Positions 54,515 through 64,000 of a stretch of 64,000 nucleotides of DNA are shown one piece after another; position 1 is the stretch's first letter, and the number at the start of each line of letters is the position of its first letter. The DNA lies in assembly GCA_951406725.2 (NCBI GenBank), contig OX597815.1:100378001-100442000 (forward strand). The letters run 5' to 3'. Made by a program: the position numbers and the translations under genes. The notes under the pieces were generated by a model that worked only from the letters and a program-made list of their open reading frames with translations, had not been told where the DNA came from and did not search any database. This stretch comes from Octopus vulgaris (lineage: Eukaryota).

Positions 54515-55665
54515 CTGTAAACAGAGAGCAAGTTATATAATATATAATAGCAGAAAAATTGAAAGCAACAGCATATATTGGTTACAGGTGGAAAATGTTA
54601 AGAGTACATAAATGATTAAGTATTGTTAGCTTAACCTAAAAGTGCCATACATACATGTTTCTGTTAGGTGAAAGCATACTTCATCTAAATACTAAACAGT
54701 GGCTTTATAACTTAATAATTTTTTTTTTTACTACATATGAAGCTATTTTTCCATTATACAAAGTGTAGTCAACTCATTACCTTGATGCCTAAGCACTTGA
54801 GACTGCCCAAGTTTATTCATATTCAAAAGCAAAAATATTTAAATTTTATTACTGCATTAGTGACAATGATTTCACAAAAAGACTACATACTATGCCATTT
54901 GCACATGAATTTGGGTTTACAGAAGATCTTTATTACTTTCCCCTGCTCATTACTTATATCACTCCAGCTCCACACCCCACCTTTGCCACAAGAATAATCA
55001 TATAGCTCCTCTTCAACATGAGCACTGCTCTGTTCCTTTTCTCTCATACTTTACTCACCTCTACTCATTCTCCTAAGTTTCCCCTCCCCTTTCGATGTTT
55101 GTAGTCATGCAAGCTACATGGCTACCTCATGAATGCCAGTGGCACAAAAAAAATAATAAAAAGGCACCTAGTACACACTAGAGTGATGAGGATTAGAAAA
55201 GGCATCAAAGCTGTAGAAACCATGCCAAACAGGCACTGGATCACAGTCCTAAGATTCATCAGAGCCCATCAAAGTATCCAATGCATGCTGGCATGAAACA
55301 TGGATATTAAATGATAATGACAGTGATTTCCTCAACTTTGAATATGGTAATTCTGAAAATTAATCCACAGGTAGTGAATTCTGAAAAGAAATAAACAGTC
55401 ACAAATACATTAAGAAGACTATAGATTCATTAAGTGCTAATAAAACAAACCTTCGAATCAGATATCAAATTTTTATGGTTTACTTTTTGATTTAGGTTTG
55501 TTTTATTAGCACAAAAAGTAAAAAGTAGGATAGTGTCCACAAGCTTTTAAAATCTTCTAAGACAAGCTGGATGATGTAACAATAGTGAATGCCAAACTGG
55601 AATGGTTCAAATGGCACATGAAAATATATTTAAATACAGAGAAGACAGATTAAATATTTAATTAC

Positions 55666-55776
55666 CCTAGTACTAAAGCACCATGGACTGTAGGTCCTGC
55701 AAATTCGAAGTCAACATCCACACCACCATTGATATAATCATTTTTATAACCAGTTTTGATTTTACCGCTTCTTTTA
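55666..55776 (-). CDS. VDAC: VDAC coding exon 4
   Basis: [36 protein letters not shown]; 111 nt. Confidence 0.96.
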
Positions 55777-57535
55777 CTGAAAATAAAAAAAGAAATTGCA
55801 AACATTTAATCCGTTTTCATTGTTTATACAAAATTCTAATATTACTCATTTCATATTTTTTGTTTAATTTTATCTTTATACAGTATATAAACAGATATTT
55901 AAATATTCTTAGGTTACAACAATAGTTAGGAATAAACAAAATCCCAAGAACCTAATTTATCTATAGTAGACTACCAATAACATACATTAAACCATATCTC
56001 AAAGAGCATCAATGTTACTAATGTAACAGCTATATATTTCCTGACAAATGCCCTAATACATTAAAGGATATATAAATTCTAAATATATGACATATACATA
56101 ACTAATGTAACAGCTATATTTCCTGATATAATGCCCAAACACATTAAAAGATATATATATTCTAAATATATTACATGACTTTATTCTACAGCAAATTTTC
56201 AATTCAACATATGTAAGTGACAACACATTATACTGAGCAGCTTTAATAAATTAAACATTTTAGAATAAATTTTCCCAATAGGATTGATGATATATCTTGT
56301 ATATTCCATTTGTGGGTTATTCAAAACATAATAATGGATAGAAAAAAGTGTTTGTCACTTTGCTGAAATGCAAAACCTATTAAAGAGTAAACCTAAAAAA
56401 CAAAAAACAGCTGTCACTTTCAAGGAGTATGACTTAGTAGCAAGCACCATGCTTTCACTAATAACTTTAGGTGTACCTATGTTGTCATGAGCAGACAGAC
56501 ACACTATCAGTTCTCCCACCATTGACTCAGCAGAGTCATCCAAAATATGACAGCTGGAGAAAGAGCAGGCTGCATCAGTACTCAGCTGGTAAAGATTTCA
56601 GCTGAGTACACCAGAGTAACACAAATGAGTCTTGCTCAAGAATACAATGCACTGCTGTCTGGTCCAGGAATCAAACTCACTTCATAATTATGTGCCCAAC
56701 AACCTATCCACTAGACCAAATAAGGAATAGATTGATACAAGTAAATGAAGGTTGAATGTAACAAATTAGATAGGCTATTCAAATATTCTTTAATATTTAA
56801 ACTGAAATGGAAGAGGGAATTGTAATGCCCAGAACTTCTGTAAGCCCCTCCCAAACTAATGAGGTCAACGCAGTATATACAGAGGATCTATTTGTGTAGG
56901 GAACACATGGGTAGAAAGAAAGTTCCAAAAGATTGCAGTTCTGGAGAAAAAAAATTAGGGAAGAATTGTTTGAAGTGTATCAAGTGCAATTGGGATGGAA
57001 GCAGTGCACAGATGCTGGTTTATTGGAGCAGAAGCTAGAAGAAAGGGTGATGTCAGTGGGCAAGCATGTTAGTGTATAATACCTGGGGACATGGTTTTCA
57101 GTTTGATCAGCCACACTTATATATTACTTGAATATGGTTCTTACATGATATTGTAGAGGGTCGAGTATTGATTAGGTTTTCTTATTTCTGATTGTAATGA
57201 AAAGTTTAACCTTTTTGAAGCAGTTTTCACACAAGAGTGGGTACCTTAATTTTAAGTATATTGCTCTTGAGTAAGGAAGGTGTAGTGTTGCAAGACTGCT
57301 TTCTTGATATAGACTCTTGGCATTGTTAATGTCTTATCCCACTGCAGAAACTTTGCAAGGCTTCTACTCATAACTGCAAGTCTGGGATGAGACTAGGTTG
57401 TATATCACTGATATTTGCATGAAGGAGTTTACTGAACAGTGACTGGTGATGTTATATGGGGCAATGTTTATAAGGCGACAGTGAAGTTAATACATAAATA
57501 TCTACCCAAATTTATCTCAAAATAAAAGTACATAC

Positions 57536-57656
57536 CCAGTCTGAGGAGCAAATGATGTATCAAAGGAAACTTTTAATCCCTTAGCAATTTGGTCTTCAAC
57601 AGTGATTTCTGTAGCCAAGATGTTGTCAGTGTTCCATTTTTCAGAAAATGTCATAC
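57536..57656 (-). CDS. VDAC: VDAC coding exon 3
   Basis: [39 protein letters not shown]; 121 nt; the E73-equivalent Glu is retained. Confidence 0.96.
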
Positions 57657-58339
57657 CTAAACAAGAATAGCAAATAAGCACCCTTTTTAATTAATATGTA
57701 TTTCAAAATTTCTGAAAACATAAAAATTTCCAAGTTTTCAAAGAAATTCATCCCAGTTAATAAAATCTTTACACTTAATCCTTGAATGAGCAAATACTTT
57801 AGTGAAACATAAAGAACAAAATACAACATTGAACTTAAAACTAAAAAAAAAAAAAGACTAAAATTCATAGCTTTTAATAGAACCTTGGAATGCTGAATCT
57901 AAAAGGTTTTAGAGGCATCAGTTGAAATTTTATTTAATATATACATATGATTCCCCTGCAAGCCATCTATTTCTACTGAGAAATTTTTTTTTTTCAACAA
58001 TTTTTTCACACGGGAAGGGAGGAAAATGTTAACACTAGTAAAATTAATCCCTGCATTTCAAGAGATGTAATTAAATACTGGATGACATTTAGTGCATGCT
58101 ACCTCTCTTACAATAGTAAAATATTGTCTAAAATATTAGTTTACTCAATATCTGTAGATTAATTTACTTTCAATAATGATTTTTACTACAAAGTTACAAA
58201 TTTAAGAGGAAGCATACAGCTGATAAGGTTTACTTCACTACTTCACTTGAAATCGTTTTATTGAACTTGGAAGTATAAAATCAACCTGGGCAGGATTTGA
58301 ACTAGAAATCCATAATGAAAAAGACAGAAATATACTAAC

Positions 58340-58474
58340 CATACTCCTCCCATTTGTATTTGGTCTCTAGACTGCCATTAACTTTCCCTGATTCACTGTT
58401 AGAATTTCCACTAGTCGTAAGGGACACTCCTTTTGATGTTTTTGTTTTGCATTCCAATTTAAAAAATCCATAAT
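58340..58474 (-). CDS. VDAC: VDAC coding exon 2
   Basis: [44 protein letters not shown]; 135 nt. Confidence 0.96.
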
Positions 58475-59254
58475 CTGAAATAAAAACAAATGCAATTGTT
58501 AAATTACATTAAATCTTGATATAAACAAACAGTGCTCCTAGATGTGAATTAACAATATCAAACAAATTTCTTAAATGTAAAACTGATCAAAAAATAAAGA
58601 AATAAAACATTTTCTTTAAAGTTCCAGATTATTAAAGGCTTACTGTTGTATTAACTTTTCAGGACGGAATGGTTTACCAATTGAAGCAATATTTTTTACA
58701 GTTTAAGGTCCACAACAATGAATTAAAAGCTTGAAGTATAACATGAACCTCTATGTCAGTAGATCAGCATCTTAACCTCACAAACTTTGTGCCTGCAGTT
58801 GTGAAACAATTTGCAAACAACTATATGCAAAAACTAAAGAACACTGAAGTGAAGTAAGCAGTTAGCTATCAACTAGCAAGGTCTTCTATGACCATTGAAT
58901 ACTTTAAGACATAGGAACATCCTTATTAGATATAGGAAGATTAGAAACAATTGGCTTTAACAGATGTAAATATATAAACCATAAAAAGATTAAGTTTTTA
59001 CAAGTGATATCCTAAAACACCAACTTTTAACATGTCCAATCATTATCATAAATTATAGCACACCAAGATTCAACAGCATATCTCATACTTCAAAAGCTGA
59101 TATGTAATATTCTTATATCTTTTATGACTTGGTCCCCTAAGATTTTTGTGTATTAATTAAAATGCTTTAATTTGTCATGATTTAATGTCCGCTTTCCATG
59201 CTAAAGTCTACAATTAAAACTGGCATTTAATTTTAAATTCTGGTTAGATACAGA

Positions 59255-59391
59255 TATGACTCTGTAGTAAGAAGTCTGCTTTCCAACCACATGGTTTTGG
59301 ATTCAGTTTCACTGTATGGTACTTTGAGCAAGTGTCTACTATAGCCCCAGGCAAACCGAAGCCTTCAAGTGGATTTGGAAAATAAAAATTG

Positions 59392-59453
<62 letters not shown>

Positions 59454-59665
59454 GTCTCCTTGCTTTGACATCATGTGATAGTTGTAAACGAGTGTCACCA
59501 GGATGCAGGCAATGTCTATCTCCAATCTTCCATGGAAACGTGCCTGGTCATGGGGAAATATCTTGCTTGCTAATAAGTTAGGACTGACGGCAGGAAGGGA
59601 ATTCAGTTGTAGAAAATCCACCTCAAGTTCCATTCAACCATACAAGCATGGAAAACTGGGCATGA
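59255..59665 (+). mobile_element. SINE-B variant with RTE-derived tail
   Basis: SINE-B head, (TG)n, then ggcaggaagggaattcagttgtagaaa...caagcatggaaaactgg, matching the RTE 3' end at ~47305-47425. Confidence 0.65.
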
Positions 59666-60648
59666 TAAAAATTTAAATAGTGCCAGCTATGAAAATATTA
59701 AACTACATAAATTTATAAAACATCTATACAAAAGTAAATAAAATAGAAATTTTAAAATTGAAATAAATTTAACTTCAAACTAGAATATTACTAAGTAACT
59801 AGAGTAAAACTGTCTTCTATATGACAAATTATTTCAAAATAATTTATGTAGCTTATATTTCGCAATCCAGATCAGTCAACTGCGATGAAATATGAACTTG
59901 AAATGAGAAAAGAATATTTAAAGCCTAATACATGATGCTATTTCTGCTTACTCTTGGCCTGATGTTTCTAAGTATTAATAATCTGTACACTAACGAATAC
60001 ACCAATTTTACTGTTGGCAAACTAATGCTTCTTGGAAAAAAACTCATCATTTACAACCAAATAATTCTCATCTTAAAAGGAGTTCTTCAACTACAGAGAA
60101 ATACCTATTAAATAATGAAGGTCAAAAAGTTGTACCCTTCTCTTATAAAAGTTTTCAATGTCAATGAAAACAAAAGCAACATTTTGTTAATGCTTTGTTT
60201 ATATATACATGGTTGTTGGATCTACAAGCTGGTAAATTCAGAAGCAAATAAAGTTGTGCTGACTGAATACTAATGTGCAAATAAACACACATGAACCATA
60301 GAGATAACATTTGTTTGCAATATCAAATTATATGTTCAAAGAAAACCACTATCTTCTCATTAATAATTTATTTCACTAATTTTAATATTAAAAAATAACA
60401 CCTGTTGATCATGATTATAACTTTCTTTTGTACTTTAGAGAAATGAGGCAAGATAATCATGCTTCCCTTAATCCAGATTAATAAATTCACCTCCACTCCT
60501 ATTAAACAATTATTCAAACAATTTATTATACAAGAAAATTTTCAAATTTAAAAAAAAAACCTTTTTGCCACCATTAAATTCACATTTACAGAGAAATATT
60601 TTAACAGCTTCAAGACAAAAAAAAATTATAATCCCTAAAACTACTTAC

Positions 60649-60712
60649 TATATCCTTTGGAAAAAAGATCCCTTGAACTTTTGCCAAGGTCAGCATATGA
60701 TGGAGGTGCCAT
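60649..60712 (-). CDS. VDAC: VDAC coding exon 1 (start codon)
   Basis: MAPPSYADLGKSSRDLFSKGY, donor A|gtaagt; acceptor 19 nt upstream of the ATG (exon starts 60731). The eight exons total 849 nt = 282 aa + stop with consistent phases. Confidence 0.96.
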
Positions 60713-63434
60713 GATAGAAAATTAGTAGCTTCTGAAAAACAACATATTGCATTTTAATCAATGTTTCAATTCCAAAAAGCTAACATAACTTCCAAGAGGA
60801 CAAAATTTTTGTTTCCTTTGTGATACTAATACAAAAAGTTCTTACAGGAAGTATGTGAAAAGGACTCACCTTTTTCTTTCAAAGCAGAAAGTGGGTGCTG
60901 TATGTAATCTACATGCCATTGTGATCTACAGAAACTTAAATCTAGATTAATGCTTGTGATCTACTTTCAAAATTTTGTTATAAATTTACAATTATAATTA
61001 GGAGTGAGTTAAACATTTAAAAAAAATATTTTTATTGATTTTTATTTTACACTAGAAATATGAATACTATTTGTATACAATGGTCTCAGGACTAAAAGTG
61101 TTTAAATCATAAGAGGTTTTTTGGTTCATATACCAAACTAACCGGAAGTCAAGTAAACAGATGAATTTTAAACGTAGATAAAAAGTTGGTGTAGATCACA
61201 AACAATACCATTTGAACTAATGTGGATCACAACTTATACTAGAAACATGTAGATCACATACTACACAGGCAATAAAAAATGTATACATTATGACTTTATG
61301 GAGCTTATACCATTATATGACAACAATAATCATCATTAATCACATATCAGGTTTCAAAGTTCTAGTCAAGAGTTAAATAGTTTTTTAAAGTTGAAATATT
61401 AAAACAAAAAACAGTAAATTGTCTTGTAAAAAAGAATACTTGTAAACAGATTATATATAATCAATGGTAGCAGCATCAGACTAGGATAAGAAATGAAAAT
61501 TAAGTGTATGTTAATCTAAAAACCAATAAAATAAGCAATTAATTAAAGGTAATAATGATCATGCAAATAGTGAGAATAGTTATTTCATAAAGAGCACATT
61601 AGCTAGTCTCTGAATGAAAACTATAGATATATAATGTTCTGTGTAATATTGCAAGATTCAGAAGAGCTGCAGCATACAAAGCTGGCATAATACCAATGAT
61701 TTAGATCTGACAGGGTTATATGTAACCTAGTAATAATATGACTAGCTTTCAGAAATCTAGATCTAAATCTATATTTGTTTTTATCTTTCTGGAATCAATA
61801 TTAAACTATAAATTTCAACAAGGATATTTTTAAGCATCAACATGTAACAAAAAACTGAAATAATGTTGGTAACAAATCACATCTCCAATAGAATAGTTTA
61901 CTAAAAATATTTTAATCAAGAATAAAAGAGTTATTGAAGTAATAGAAAAAATCCAATCAAAATCAGTGTCAATATATGAGCATAAAGGATTTGGCATCTA
62001 AATTATTTAAATGCTAACTTCATTCTTTGCAAAGGAAAACGTTTTTTTTAAAAAAAAAGGTGACAAGGAGTATTAGTTCAAGGACTTAAACACTAGTTAG
62101 CACATTAAGAGGTTGTTACTCAGACCCAAATGAGCTCTGATCCATCAGATCTGATGCAAATTGCTCCAGTCATAACCATTTTCCTAAGACTACACATCTA
62201 TTGTATCCTTCCATTTTCAAGATAGCAATATATTCATTTATAGAGATTTGGCTGCTATTTTTCAGCGGGTCGATCGATCACGTAGAGGCTCCCTTTTGTC
62301 TTTCAGATGAAATTTCAGTATTTTAATATTCATAAACATAAAATTAGCCATTTTGTATGTACATCCATAATTTTCCAGAATAAGAGGACTATATATTACC
62401 ACTGACATTGAAAGCATTTGACGAACATAAGATTTCCTTTCGTCTACTTTTTAAAAAACTAGATTAAGTCTACTCGAAATGGTGTTTTGATTCGTCAACC
62501 TCTTATTTATGATAATGATATTAAAATTATAAAAGTGACCTAGAATGGAATTAGTACAACACAGAATTTCAAGAAACATCACTTGATAAGAATAATTCTT
62601 TTATGTTACTTCAAAAATAAACAAATCACGACATAATAATAGTTGAGATAAATTAAACTGTTAACAATTCAGTAATTAATAAATTTCAAAAAATAGGATT
62701 TTAAAAAAGTCACTATATTTGACATTTCGGGAACATTCTTTAGAATCCAAAAGAATGACTGGAAAAATTTTTGCTTCTTAAATCAATTACTCAAAATGCT
62801 GAGTTACGTTGGCCGAATCCGATTATTTAAACTTCTACGAACCGGAGGTGAAAATGAAACGTGTGACCTTAAAACTGCTGTCGTCCCAGTGAAGCCTTCT
62901 TTATTTCCTAAGTCAATGGTGTAGACATAACCTTCTGTAAAAGGTGTTGCTTTCACCGAACAAAAAGGTCAAATGAGACAACAAACGCAGTAGGTCAGGT
63001 AGTAAATATACACATTTAAATCCTAGAATTATGTTGAAGGATAATTAAATATAATGACCACGTTCAGTAGAGTGAACACAGGAGTTGATGGCTGGTACAA
63101 TAACCAATAAGCAAACTAAATGTATAGGAGGAGTAGTAGAATTGTAAGATTGTTCTTTCATTTAGTGTCGTCAGTTTCGAAGACTTCCTGCCCCACTTCC
63201 ATCACCACCAGTAGTAACAAACTCAACAGCCATTATTTCATCTAGCATCAATATCTTAACATGCAACATATTAATAAAGGTCAAAACGCTAAAGTTGGTA
63301 CCTGCACGTGCAACTACAGAAGCAGCTATTTCTAACCTCAGCTGCTCTCTCATACAAACCAAGGGCACAACAGCTTACTAAGAAACAGGCATTCAAAACC
63401 TATTAGTAACCCACATTTAAGTGCTTAGTTTTAC

Positions 63435-63560
63435 CTTCAGGTCACGGCAAAGCAGAAAAACGGATCTCGGAAAATGAAACAATATGAAACGAAATCTTTT
63501 TAAAACCCAGCCAACGACAGTTTTACATTTCCATACATTAAGAGAGATTAATACAAATTA
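63435..63560 (-). promoter_or_regulatory. Candidate VDAC non-coding first exon / promoter region
   Basis: The ATG exon has an acceptor, so an upstream exon is expected. CTGAAG|gtaaaa donor at 63435/63434 lies in a locally CpG-retaining segment; other donors (e.g. ~62921) are possible. Confidence 0.3.
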
Positions 63561-64000
63561 ATACCGAGTTGGCAGTTATTGATTACTGCACTAGCTGGAA
63601 AAATATAAATGTACCGATATTTTTGGTTCTTCTAATGGCCTCATTGAATGAAAATTAAAAATTCCGGGTTTTACAACCAAGCCTATTCCTACATTCCAAA
63701 AATATAACCTTTCCTATATCCTGAAAACTGTTCTAGACGAAAGAACATCGTCTTATATAAGGGAATCAACGAGGGAGCATCCACATTGCTGATCGTTCGA
63801 CCTGCTAGAAACCGCAGCCAATTTCTCTCAAATCACACATTCTACCGTCCAAAAAGAGAAAGGATACACTCGGCAATGCAGTCCTGGAGACACAAAACGA
63901 CGAGATGGTCACAACTGACACACCCTTGATCAAAGATTTGATTAGTGTCGACCTCGGGTTAAACAAAAAACTATAAACGAAAGGGAAGGTGTGACCTCTT

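Noticed and set aside
63171-63368. 65-aa minus-strand ORF upstream of VDAC
   Set aside because: Non-ATG start, no recognisable homology; likely intron or 5' flank sequence.

Overview
Repeat-rich, AT-rich animal genomic DNA. The SINE/RTE/Penelope repertoire and microsatellite load suggest an octopod cephalopod (inference, not verified). Two intron-containing genes converge. (1) On +, a two-coding-exon secreted CE4 polysaccharide/chitin deacetylase: 18978-19355 joined to 32440-33405, 447 aa, all five CE4 motifs present, signal peptide, possible GPI tail, 13.1-kb intron. (2) On -, a complete VDAC/mitochondrial porin: 8 coding exons from 60712 to 49147, 282 aa. The rest is a transposon landscape: a Helitron PIF1-helicase remnant with an intact 3' end, HERO-like and CR1/Jockey-like LINE fragments, a Tc3-like transposase fragment, a Penelope RT+GIY-YIG element, two 5'-truncated RTE LINEs carrying a PHD finger inside ORF2, MITEs, Helentron-type non-autonomous elements, and many tRNA-derived SINEs. 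The most unusual structures are Penelope-type inverted-repeat cassettes with hammerhead-ribozyme cores and very long stem II. One has a complete core, lies sense in the deacetylase intron and is preceded by its own ~99% identical antisense copy. All coordinates were read by eye; repeat boundaries are approximate.
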